A stretch of 64,000 nt of DNA from a virus, in IMG/VR virus record IMGVR_UViG_3300036851_000321, positions 18,520 to 82,519 of that record. One strand, given 5' to 3'. Below the pieces are notes generated by a model. That model was not told the DNA's origin and made no database searches. It was given only the letters and a program-made list of their open reading frames with translations. Both the position numbers and the translations under genes were made by a program. Positions 44,417 through 54,300 of this stretch are shown here, in pieces. Within the stretch, counting starts at the first letter, position 1; the number at the start of each line of letters is the position of its first letter.

Positions 44417-44616
44417 TCGTAAAGCCCCCGAATACACCGCTCGCGAGCCCACTTCGTCGGCCGCTCCGCACACCTTCTGACCGCGCGTTCCCAGCTCCAC
44501 CGGTCTCCGTGGCTCTTCCACGAGTCCGGCATGGGCGGGATCACTACGTCGTAGGCGAGCGCGCTCCCGGCGCTCAGCGCCATTGCAACCATGAACCCCA
44601 TCGCTATTGTTCGCAT
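44413..44616 (-). CDS. Small secreted protein (67 aa)
   Basis: MRTIAMGFMVAMALSAGSALA signal peptide; two Cys in the mature part. Confidence 0.65.
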   Translation of the reverse strand: MRTIAMGFMVAMALSAGSALAYDVVIPPMPDSWKSHGDRWSWERAVRRCAERPTKWARERCIRGLYE

Positions 44617-44690
44617 GTCGGGACTAACTCTCCCGGCCGGGCCCGGGCTGCTGAACACAGTGCCGGGCCGACCTACATTCAAAGTGTAGC
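44617..44690 (-). promoter_or_regulatory. Antisense promoter plus hairpin leader (copy A)
   Basis: TACACT -10 (44683-44688); GGCCCGG/CCGGGCC hairpin; GGAGAGTTAGTCCC before ATG. Confidence 0.55.
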
Positions 44691-44692
44691 CG

Positions 44693-45148
44693 ATGGCCCG
44701 CGTTTTCTCCACGCAGGCCGAGATTTCGGCCGCAAAAGCCCTGCTCGCCTCGGGGGATCGCTCCGCCGCCGCGACGGTTGACCTGTTCCACGATGGCGAC
44801 ATCACGCCCGAGTGCCCGGAAGTGGCCGGGCCGATCGCGCTTGCTCAGCGGATCGCGCGCCGACTCCGGACCTCCAACGGGTTCTTCCCGTGGTGGCCAA
44901 ACGAGGGCCTCAACGTCTCCGACTACCTGCTTTCTCGTGCGCCAACCTGGCAGATCGAGAACCAGATCAAAGAAGAGGTGAAGCGCGATCAGGGCGTCGT
45001 CGACGCGGTCGTGATCGCGACGCTTTCCTCCGGCGGTCGCGATCTCCGCGTCGAGATCTTTGTCTCGTCAGTCTTTGGTCCGCTTGAGCTGACGATGACA
45101 GCAAGCGAAGCGAGCTCGAAGCTGCTCGACATCCGCCGCGCTGCGTAA
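44693..45148 (+). CDS. Baseplate wedge / sheath initiator (gp25/W-like)
   Basis: LAQRIARRLRT..G.FPWWPNEG; precedes J-like gene. Confidence 0.75.
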   Translation: MARVFSTQAEISAAKALLASGDRSAAATVDLFHDGDITPECPEVAGPIALAQRIARRLRTSNGFFPWWPNEGLNVSDYLLSRAPTWQIENQIKEEVKRDQGVVDAVVIATLSSGGRDLRVEIFVSSVFGPLELTMTASEASSKLLDIRRAA

Positions 45149-45153
45149 CCCCG

Positions 45154-46338
45154 ATGGCAAGTCTCAACTGGAACGACCTCGTCGAGCTCACCGAGGAGGA
45201 AGGGCAGCAAGATGTGCTTTCGCTCCTCGAAGATCAGGGGCTCACGGCGACGGCATGGCAGCCATTCTCGATCGCGCCGATCGTCACATTCCTCGGCGCC
45301 GAGATCATGGTGCGCGGCTCGAAGGTCGGGGTGCTCATCAAGGAGTCGCACCACCCGGACACGGCGACCAATGACGCCCTAAAGCGGGTATTCAGCGGCT
45401 TCTATAACAAGGAGCACGAGCCGGCCGTCGAGGCTCAGCTGCTCGTCACGCTCTCGTGTCTTGCGACGAGCGGCCCACATAGCATTGCGCTTGGTGATCT
45501 CGTGCTCTCGAACGTGAGCGGCGGCACCTACCGCAACGTCGAGGGAAACGGCATCAGCTACCCGGTGACGCTCACCGCGGGCGGCACGCAGGAGCTCCTA
45601 TTCGAGGCCGAGGTGGCCGGCACTGCGGCCAACATCGCCGACGCGCTCACCGAGGCGACCGTCGCGCTCGAGATGGTGACCACGCTTTCGGGCGTCACCA
45701 TCACCACCTACACGCTCGAGCAGTCCGGTCAGGACGAGGAGAGCGACGACCGAATCAAAGAGCGGGCGCAGCTTCGCTGGTCGGAGCGCTCGATCTCCAA
45801 GTCAGACGACGCGCTCAAGCAGCGGGCTCTTGACGTGGCCCCCGGCGTCGTCAGCGTTGCCGTGGACTCCACGAATCCACGTGGGCCGGCAACGACCGAC
45901 GTTTACATTGCGGGACTCGACTCGACCGCGAGTGCCGACGAGGTTTCTGCCGTCCAGATTGCGCTTGACCTCGCGACTTTTGGGCGCAAGGCCACCCCGA
46001 AGACGGTGCAAGTCTACGCGGCACCGGAGGTCCCACTGGGCGTTACCGGGGTAGCGCACTTCGCCGGCATCGACACCACCACGGCGTCTACCGCCGTCGA
46101 CGCGGCACTCCTGGCCTTCGTGCGCGCAACGCCACCTGGCGGCTTCGACTTCTCACCAGGCCCGAGCGGCGTCGTGCGGGTCAACGATATCGAGACCGCG
46201 ATCAAGAACGCATTGACTGGCGCTGGCGCGACCAAGGCGACTGTGACACTCACCGTGCCGAGTGCGGACGTTGTGCTCTCCGCCTACGACAAGGTTGTCC
46301 AGGGCACCTGGAACATCACCTACACCGTGCTGAACTGA
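45154..46338 (+). CDS. Baseplate J-like protein
   Basis: FEAEVAGTAAN, GQDEESDDRIKER, RGPATTDVYI. Confidence 0.9.
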   Translation: MASLNWNDLVELTEEEGQQDVLSLLEDQGLTATAWQPFSIAPIVTFLGAEIMVRGSKVGVLIKESHHPDTATNDALKRVFSGFYNKEHEPAVEAQLLVTLSCLATSGPHSIALGDLVLSNVSGGTYRNVEGNGISYPVTLTAGGTQELLFEAEVAGTAANIADALTEATVALEMVTTLSGVTITTYTLEQSGQDEESDDRIKERAQLRWSERSISKSDDALKQRALDVAPGVVSVAVDSTNPRGPATTDVYIAGLDSTASADEVSAVQIALDLATFGRKATPKTVQVYAAPEVPLGVTGVAHFAGIDTTTASTAVDAALLAFVRATPPGGFDFSPGPSGVVRVNDIETAIKNALTGAGATKATVTLTVPSADVVLSAYDKVVQGTWNITYTVLN

Positions 46339-46339
46339 C

Positions 46340-47134
46340 GTGGCGGAAGACGACTACGCGCCGCCAAACACGTTCCGCGCGCTCGTTGAGCTCCGGTCGC
46401 CCGACTGGATGTCCGAGCCCGAGGCGCCGCTTATGGCTGCGTTCGTCGGCATCACGCTTGGAGTCACGCAGGATCAGCAGGTCGAGGCGTGGATCCTCGC
46501 CACGCGGATGCACCTGCTCGACGATCCGGAAAGCCCGGACGACGTGCTCCCGGTCATCGGCCGGGACAGGCGCCTGCCCCAGTACCACCTTGAAACTAGC
46601 GCCCAGTACCGCGAGCGCCTGAAGGCCGCCTGGGAAATCTACGAAGAAGGCGGCACCGAAGAGGTCATCGAAAAGCAGCTACTCGCCGCTGGCTACGGGC
46701 CGACAACGACAATGGGGTCGTGGGGCGGTCCCGGAGCTGACTGGGGCGAGGCCGGCTACTACTGGAACGACCGCGGCGCTTACGTGCAGTTCCGGCCAAC
46801 GGCGCCGGGCCCGCGTGGAGAACCGCCGCCGTATCGCACCCAATTTTGGGTCGTCTTTCAGAACGGATTTCACCCGGTCACGGGACTCCCGATCCCCTGG
46901 GGTGACTTCGTCTGGGGAGATACGAGCACGGGAGTTTGGGGGCCGCAGGGATACGACCGTGACTTCCAGCAAACGGTTGAGGGCATCGTCTACAAGTGGA
47001 AGCCGCACGAGTGGATCTTTCGTGGGTTCCTCTTCAAGATTGGTCTCGGTCTATGGGGTGAGGGTTCTCCGTGGGGAGATCCGCTCGGCGTCGTGTGGGG
47101 CGGCGGCGTCGAAGTGCAAGTTCCACTGAGGTAG
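46340..47134 (+). CDS. Baseplate wedge protein (P2 I-like) with Trp-Gly repeats
   Basis: PDDVLPVIGRDRRL, ETSAQYRERL, WKPH. Confidence 0.75.
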   Translation: MAEDDYAPPNTFRALVELRSPDWMSEPEAPLMAAFVGITLGVTQDQQVEAWILATRMHLLDDPESPDDVLPVIGRDRRLPQYHLETSAQYRERLKAAWEIYEEGGTEEVIEKQLLAAGYGPTTTMGSWGGPGADWGEAGYYWNDRGAYVQFRPTAPGPRGEPPPYRTQFWVVFQNGFHPVTGLPIPWGDFVWGDTSTGVWGPQGYDRDFQQTVEGIVYKWKPHEWIFRGFLFKIGLGLWGEGSPWGDPLGVVWGGGVEVQVPLR

Positions 47135-47138
47135 CGCC

Positions 47139-47894
47139 ATGCGCCGCCTACTGCTCGCGCTCTCCCTCGTCGGGTGTCGCGGCGAATCGACCACTTACAT
47201 CACCGAGGACGTGCCGTCGTGCGTCCGCAGCATCTGCGAAGTAACCATGAGTACAGTCCTAACCGGCACTCCCGCAAACGCGAACTTTGGAACGGGACTC
47301 ACGCGTCCGGACAGCGGAGAAGATCCGTCTATTTGGTCGTCCATTCTAGAGCAGCAGCTGCAGCAGATCGAGGATCGCGAGCAGTGGCTGAAGCTGTGGC
47401 TTCCGACTAGTCGCCTGCTGACAGTTCCGATCGCTTACTCGCTCATCAACACGTCGACCCGGTTTGATCTCACTACTTCAGGCGGGGCCCACTACTGGCT
47501 TCAAAGCAGCGTAGCCAGCGCCGGCCTGCTGATGTTTGAGGTGCCGTGGATGCCGCCAGGCGTGGTTATCAAGGGCGCGCATGCGTGGATTGGAAACGGT
47601 AGCGCAACGAACCTGACGGGCCTCACCAAGCCGACGCTTGAGCTCAACAAGTCAGTGCTGACGGTCGGCGGAGACCCCATTGTTAGCAACACAGAGGTCT
47701 CGATTGGCACGGCCTCGGATGCCACCACCGTTCTCGCGACCTACCAACTTCTACACAAGGTCGAGATCACGGGCCTGTCGGAAACCGTGACGGACAACAC
47801 GATCTACCGCGTGCGGTTCACTGGGGAGACCGCGGGTAGCGCGACCCCCAACCTGGCCATGTCGGGGATCTTCGTTACCGTGGAAAGGCCTTAG
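47139..47894 (+). CDS. Tail fibre-associated protein (alternative start 47247)
   Basis: LQQIEDREQWLK fibre N-terminal motif; beta-rich C-terminus. Confidence 0.6.
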   Translation: MRRLLLALSLVGCRGESTTYITEDVPSCVRSICEVTMSTVLTGTPANANFGTGLTRPDSGEDPSIWSSILEQQLQQIEDREQWLKLWLPTSRLLTVPIAYSLINTSTRFDLTTSGGAHYWLQSSVASAGLLMFEVPWMPPGVVIKGAHAWIGNGSATNLTGLTKPTLELNKSVLTVGGDPIVSNTEVSIGTASDATTVLATYQLLHKVEITGLSETVTDNTIYRVRFTGETAGSATPNLAMSGIFVTVERP

Positions 47895-47900
47895 CGGTCC

Positions 47901-48677
47901 ATGAGCGCCCCCGTCACCGAATCCGACACGTTCCCCTCGGCGATCAACGCGCCGGAGGTGAACGACACGAACTACCCTGCGGTAGTTACGCAGCTCACAA
48001 CGGATCTCGCCAACCGGACCAAGCATCTCAAGAACACGCTCACGACCGGCGGCTCGACCGAGCTCTTTACGGCCAACGGTCAGGATCCGGTCCTTGCCGA
48101 CCTAACGCTGCCCGCGGCTGGCCGCGCGGACATGATCCGGAACCTCGGGATCGCGCTGCACAAGCAGATCCGTTGGGTGCGCGAGCGACTGCTCGGGACT
48201 GGGGCGTCAGCGACGACGATCCTCTGGCAACCCGCGCTCATCGGCGGAACTAGCACCTACTGGGGCTCGGACTCCGTTGCTTCGGCGGTCACGGTCCCAT
48301 ACATCAACCAGAAGACGGCGGATGTGAACTACGCGTCCCTTACGATGCCGCACGTCATGCCTGGACTCGTATTTGGGACGCTAACAGCAACCGTGCAGTC
48401 GGCCACCAGCCACGGTGGCAGCCTCCCGGCGAGTATGCCGCGCCTTGCGCTCGGTGGGGTCGATTCCACCGGAACGGCCATTGAGATCGCCGGCGCGCTG
48501 GATACGTCGGGTAGCGCCGCGGCGTTCGAGGCGATGCATACGATCTCGTGCCCCATCAACTCGCTCGTGCAGACGGGACTCTCCTACTTCGTAGCCGTAC
48601 GCGGCGAGGGCTCCACGAACGCACAGAACAACAGCTTCAAGGTCCACCGATTGAGCCTGACGGTCTGGTACGTTTGA
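47901..48677 (+). CDS. Tail fibre-associated protein
   Basis: LANRTKHLK motif typical of myovirus fibre N-termini. Confidence 0.7.
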   Translation: MSAPVTESDTFPSAINAPEVNDTNYPAVVTQLTTDLANRTKHLKNTLTTGGSTELFTANGQDPVLADLTLPAAGRADMIRNLGIALHKQIRWVRERLLGTGASATTILWQPALIGGTSTYWGSDSVASAVTVPYINQKTADVNYASLTMPHVMPGLVFGTLTATVQSATSHGGSLPASMPRLALGGVDSTGTAIEIAGALDTSGSAAAFEAMHTISCPINSLVQTGLSYFVAVRGEGSTNAQNNSFKVHRLSLTVWYV

Positions 48678-48808
48678 TCCCCCGCTAGAGAGCTGCCCCG
48701 CCTCGGCGCTCCTGTTCGGTTGTGTGCCAACTCTCCCGCGCGGACGTTCGCGTCGGGGCGGCTCTGTGGCGGGCGCTTACCTATTTTCGCTGAAAGCACG
48801 AACGCAGA

Positions 48809-50896
48809 ATGACCATCTGGACCGCAAAGATGCGCGGCGTAAAAGCCGAGCAGGATGGTGAGCAGGTAGCGGGCACGGGCCGCGTTGCGACCCTGAACTT
48901 CCGCAGTCTACTGACCGAGTACGACGCGGCCACGGGTACGCTCAGCATCGGCCCCGAGTCCAACACCACTCGCGCCGAAGTCAACGCCGCCACTACCGCG
49001 GCCCTCGCCGCAAACACGCGCACGGGCAACACGCTCACGGCGGACGCAAACGGTGCGCTGGCTGCGATCGACGGCGTCACCCTCACGACGAATAACCGGC
49101 TGCTGGTCAAAGACGAGGCGTCCACGCTCAAGAACGGCTGGTACTACGTCGCCGATCCGGGAAGCGCGTCCACACCGTGGCAGTTGACGCGGACGGCGGA
49201 TGCGGATGCTTCGGCGGAGTTCGTCAGTGGGGCGATTACGCGGGTGCTTGCGGGCACGGTGAACGCGGGGACTAGCTACGTCCTCACGGTCGGCGGCGGG
49301 TTCACGCTGAACACCGATGCCGTCACGTTTACGCTCTACAACCTGAACGCGATCGAGCAGGGGGTCAATGTTGGAGATGTGCCCCAGTTCGAGGGGACCA
49401 CATACGTCCCGCGCCGTTTCTGGATCACCCCCGACATCGACCTGACGGGCACGACCGACGCTACGGCAGCAATTCTGGCCGCAGCGCAAGAGCGGGTCGG
49501 GGCTTGCGTGTATCTGCCAGATGGTGTGATCCGTATGAATAGTGGAATCACCCTTCCGCAAGGTGCCTGCATCACTGGCCGTGAGCGCGGGATGGCGCGG
49601 GGGCACCGTGGAACCGGCGGAACACCCCTGCTGAACACGGGGACCCTGATCCACGTCTACGGGACGGGCAAGCTCTTCACGATGGGCATGCAGAGCGCCG
49701 TGAGGAATCTCGAACTCTACTATCCGAGCCAGGTCACGACGGGGACGCCCACAGCGTACGATTACGCCTTCTACTGCGGGTCAAACGCCGATGGCTGCAC
49801 GATCGAGAACATCACAGCGATCAACCCGTACGACCTGATCCATATCGACACTCAGGGTGGCGGCGGCGCTCGCATCGACAACGTCTGGGCCTTCCCGTTC
49901 TCGCACGGTATCCGGCTCGGGCGGGTTGCCGACGTGGCCCGCATCTCGAACGTCCACTTCAACCCAGCTAACAACGATAGCGGTGCGCCGACTGCTTGGG
50001 TGCTCGCCAACGGGATCGCCTTCCTTGTCGATGGCGCCGAGCAGTTCAGTTTTACGGACTGTTTCGCTTACGGCTACCTTCGCGGCCTGCTCCTGATTGA
50101 CGCCGACGCGGACAGTTTCCAGGGGGTCTATGGCGACTGGAAGGGCGGTGGCTTTGACCAGTGTGAGGTCTGCGTCCTGATCGCCGATCCGACGGGCCTT
50201 TGCATGCGTGGACTGAAGATGAGCGACGTGTCGTTCATCCCGATCGACACCACGGGCTACGGCATCGTCTCGCAGGATGACACAGCGGCGAGCATACCGG
50301 ACAACCGGCCCACCATCTACGTCACCAACTGCCAGTTTTCTGGGACGAGCCATCCGAAAAACGTCTGGCTGTTTCCAAACAGCAATGCGCGCGTTGTCAT
50401 CAAGGGCGGGAGCATGCAGGGCGCGTCCACCCAGCACTGTCACGCGGAGGGGACCGCGTCGATAATCGATCTTGACGATGTCATCACAACTGGCGCCGTC
50501 ACGCGCATCTCTGGCGGCGGCAAGTGGAGCGATCGCAACGGACGCAAGCAGGTCGCTGGCGAGATGGGACCGAGCTACCGCAACGGGGACGAGTCTCTCG
50601 GAGCGGATCTGACCGATGCGGACGCAACCATCACGATCGCGGGCGCGGCCTGGCGGGTCTTGCCACCCGCGACGCTCTCGACAAATCGCGTGGTGGACAT
50701 CGATAACACGTCGGCTGTCGACGAAGAGACGATCACGATCGATCGGCAGGACACGACGGCTAACACGTTGACCATTCGCGACAATGCAAACGCGACCATC
50801 TTCACCTTCCCCGCGTCAACCGCGATGAAGTGCGTCTTCCGGAAAGCGGCCGGCGGGAACTTCGTTCCGCTGCGCGCGACCCGCACCACGGGCTAA
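48809..50896 (+). CDS. Fibre/tailspike with pectate-lyase-like beta-helix (depolymerase candidate)
   Basis: IDGVTL..NRLLVKD..NGWY virion domain; GTTDATAAI...VYLPDG; repeated IENI/IDNV/ISNVHF. Confidence 0.75.
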   Translation: MTIWTAKMRGVKAEQDGEQVAGTGRVATLNFRSLLTEYDAATGTLSIGPESNTTRAEVNAATTAALAANTRTGNTLTADANGALAAIDGVTLTTNNRLLVKDEASTLKNGWYYVADPGSASTPWQLTRTADADASAEFVSGAITRVLAGTVNAGTSYVLTVGGGFTLNTDAVTFTLYNLNAIEQGVNVGDVPQFEGTTYVPRRFWITPDIDLTGTTDATAAILAAAQERVGACVYLPDGVIRMNSGITLPQGACITGRERGMARGHRGTGGTPLLNTGTLIHVYGTGKLFTMGMQSAVRNLELYYPSQVTTGTPTAYDYAFYCGSNADGCTIENITAINPYDLIHIDTQGGGGARIDNVWAFPFSHGIRLGRVADVARISNVHFNPANNDSGAPTAWVLANGIAFLVDGAEQFSFTDCFAYGYLRGLLLIDADADSFQGVYGDWKGGGFDQCEVCVLIADPTGLCMRGLKMSDVSFIPIDTTGYGIVSQDDTAASIPDNRPTIYVTNCQFSGTSHPKNVWLFPNSNARVVIKGGSMQGASTQHCHAEGTASIIDLDDVITTGAVTRISGGGKWSDRNGRKQVAGEMGPSYRNGDESLGADLTDADATITIAGAAWRVLPPATLSTNRVVDIDNTSAVDEETITIDRQDTTANTLTIRDNANATIFTFPASTAMKCVFRKAAGGNFVPLRATRTTG

Positions 50897-50966
50897 TCTC
50901 ACCCACCCGCCCGCCGTCCCGCGGTGCCCTGCTCTCCCACCAGAGCGAGGCGAAGGGGCGGCAACT

Positions 50967-51146
50967 CTACCAGGTCTCCGGATCGTCCGGATCAATCTCT
51001 GGACCGAATACGTACACGGTGAGAGTTCCGTCAGGGGCGACGATGACATCAGAAGCCGGTTCGTCCGAGCCGATGCCGCACTGCTCCCGTAGGCTCCGCT
51101 CTTCTTCCGGAGTCAGCGGGCGGTAGCGAGGGGCCGGCGTCATCAC
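50967..51146 (-). CDS. Small acidic protein
   Basis: Coupled to 51143-51364; VAPDGTLTV motif. Confidence 0.55.
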   Translation of the reverse strand: MMTPAPRYRPLTPEEERSLREQCGIGSDEPASDVIVAPDGTLTVYVFGPEIDPDDPETW

Positions 51147-51364
51147 GATCGCACCAGCGGGATCCTCACCCACCCGTCCGCATCCGGCACGACCTCGCGG
51201 CCGTCGCCCCAGGTCGCCGAACCGTCAGGGCGCACGAACATTCGCGGCTCGCCCTTCCGTTCATCGATCACGATGGCGACATCCAGGAGCCCGGGCATCT
51301 CGCGCAAACGCCGACCCTGCTCCGCGGTGAGCCGGAAGCGACTCGTCAACACGAAACTCGTCAT
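51143..51364 (-). CDS. Small hypothetical protein, probably leaderless
   Basis: TAAGCT 7 nt before ATG; VRPDGSATW. Confidence 0.55.
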   Translation of the reverse strand: MTSFVLTSRFRLTAEQGRRLREMPGLLDVAIVIDERKGEPRMFVRPDGSATWGDGREVVPDADGWVRIPLVRS

Positions 51365-51399
51365 GAGCGAAAGCTTACGCGCGCGAGCGCAAGACAGCA

Positions 51400-54300
51400 A
51401 TGGCTGACACCGTTGTCGTCAACGCCGGAGGACCAGGCTCCGATGATTTCCCGCGCAAATGCTGCGGCGAATCGCTCGTCTGGACGAGCTCGACCGTCGG
51501 CTATTTCTTCTACGTCGATTCAAGCAATGATCTAAAGTACATCAAAAGCACTGACGCGGGGCTGACGTTTGGGTCGGCGGTCAACGTCAAGACGGGGACG
51601 ATCGGGTGCTTTGCGATCTGGTTCGACAAATGGACCCCCTCGCTCACCGGCACGAAGATTTACTGTGCTTACACCGACACGACCGCCAACGACTTCCTTT
51701 ACCGCGGGCTCGAGACATCGACCGACACGCTCGACACCGAGCAGATCATCAGCAATGCGACCGACCTCCGCGGTTCGGGCGGCACGATGGCTCAGCGCTC
51801 GTGCTCGATCACTAAAGCGGTAGGCGGAAATCTATACGCGACCTTCATTGACGATCTAACGGCGGTCGAAAGCGGGTTCTTCCGCTCGACCGACGACGGC
51901 GCGACGTGGGGCGCGCGCACCAACCTCACGACCGTCACGCCGGCAGCAGGCGATCGGATGCGCCTGTTCCCGGGCAATGCCGCGGACAACCAGGACGTGT
52001 GGATGCTGTTCTTCGACGCCTCGGCGTCGGACCTGCTTTTCGCGACGCACGACGACAGCGCGAATACGACGACCAGCACAGCGATCAACACGTCGATCGC
52101 TATCAGCGGTGCCCTTCACGACATGGGCTTTTCGGGGGCGGTGCGCCACTCTGATGGGCACCTTTTCGCGGTGGCGTGGACGGCCGTCGATAGCGCCTCC
52201 GGTGACTTCCTCGCCTACCAGATCAACGGCTCGGCCTCGATCACACAGCGCACCAACGTAGTAACCGACCAGGACGACACATTCGGCGGCGGCTGCTATT
52301 TCGATCAACAGACCGGCTCGCTCACCGTCTTCTATTACGGCACGAGCTCTGAGGTCTACAACTCGGCGGTCCATGTCCGCTATCGCACGAGCACGGACGG
52401 CGCCGTCTCGTGGGGCCGGCAATGGCGCATCGACGTAGATACAACTCGCGACACTCGGTACGTGACGGGCGGAATGAGCGTCGGCTCAAGCAACGCCGGC
52501 CCCTTTCGCCCGATCTGGATCGCGGACGCCTCCGCCTACTCGAACGTCGCGCCGCTCTCGGCGATGTTCGACCGCCCGCCGATCCAATGCACGGACATCA
52601 ACCCGTACGTCAATGCAAGCGGCGTCGCGAGCGACACGAACGAGGTCAAGGCCGGCGTCACCGACTGGCTGCGCACCGAGGGCTACCCGGGTGCGCCGGC
52701 CAAATACAGCGGGATCGGCGAGGTGATCGAAAGCGGAGCGCCTCAGCCCACACTGACCTCCCGCATCGGCGGCAGCACGCCGCTTGCGCTCGACTATGAC
52801 CCTGCGGCCGGCGCGGGCGGGCCCGCAACGCTGTGGACCGCGGGCGGCGCTGGCGAAAACAACGAAAACGTCACGACGGCGATCTGGCCGCGGCGAGATG
52901 CGGCCGGCTGGGTCGTCTTCAACCACCGCGGCAACAACGGAAACCCGCGCCAAGGCGTCGGCAAATACAATACGAGTTATGACTTCCAAACGGGGTGGAC
53001 TGAGCTCGGATCTCCGCCCCTGATCGACGTTGGTAGCGGCGGCACTTGGGACGACGCGAACGTCCCTGATTTGAACGGTTGGACTTGGATCGGGAACAAG
53101 CTCGTCGGTTTCTATCGCGGCCATGATGGATCCATCACGCAAGTCGGCCGCGTTGATGCGACGTGGGATGGTGCGGTCGGTTCGTTCCCCGGGCTTACGA
53201 AGTACGGATCCAACCCCGTCATCACCTCGAGCGCGGCGCCGTGGATCACGACGAACAACGGCTGCGTTCCCGGCTCGATCTGGATCGATCCTGCCGGCCG
53301 GTGGTGGATGTATTTGTCGTGTAACTCGCCCAACGCGGCGGGCTTGTCGTACTCCGACGACCTCGGCTTCACGTGGGTGGTCGGTCAGTACGCGACCATC
53401 ACGCCCGTTAGCCCGCAGACGAGCTGCGGTGACGGCGTCGCGATCTGTATCGACGACACTCCACATCGGGCATACGGCGCGAGCTTCGTTTGGATCGACT
53501 CCGGCTCTCAAGGCGCGGCCACGCTCGAGGGTCGGTATCTGTACTTCTTGCCGTTCGAAAAAACGGCAGCGCAGATCACGAAGAAGGGAAAGTCCTACTT
53601 CCCGAACGGGTCCCCGTACTCGGGCGCCGCGCTCGCGAGCGGAGGCGTGCAGGGCACGAATAGCTTCGCCCTCGCCGGTAGGTTCCGCGTTCCGCGCTGC
53701 GTTCGAACAAGCGATCTTCACACGATCTACCAGCAGGGCGTCGATGGTTCGGACGTTATGGTTTATGTCCGGATCGGCAGCACCGGGCTTTTGACTGCCT
53801 TTTGGAGCACGACGACAACCGCAGCCGCCGGCCCCCCGTTCGACAAGACGCTGACCGGCGCCTCCGCAGTGGACGACGCGGAGTGGTGGGACTTCTGTTT
53901 TGCGCGCTTCGGCGCAAACGACTTCCGGCTCTACACGCGGCGGGCCGGCGGCGCTTGGGTGCTCGACGCAACCAACACCGCAGAGGACGGCGGTACTACG
54001 AGCAGCACACAGAACGCTGCGATCGGAAACGGATTCCCCACGAACGGCTTTGGCAATTCCCCATGCCGCGGCGTCATCAGTGACCTCGTTTTCATGACGG
54101 GGGCGCCGCCGGACACGAGCTTGACGGCTACCGGAGCCGCGTTCGCCGGGATGCTCCACTCCTCGCGGACTGCCTACTCGGGAGGCACGTTCCAGTGGGA
54201 CGAATCAAACGCGCAATGGGTGGACAACGGCGACGTTGTGCTGGTCGAGGCAATCGACTCCACCGATCTGCCAACGATCTCCACCGACGGCAGCACGGGG

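Noticed and set aside
46340-47134. Trp-Gly repeats as Argonaute-binding hooks
   Set aside because: They sit in a baseplate wedge protein, where aromatic-Gly repeats are more simply structural.
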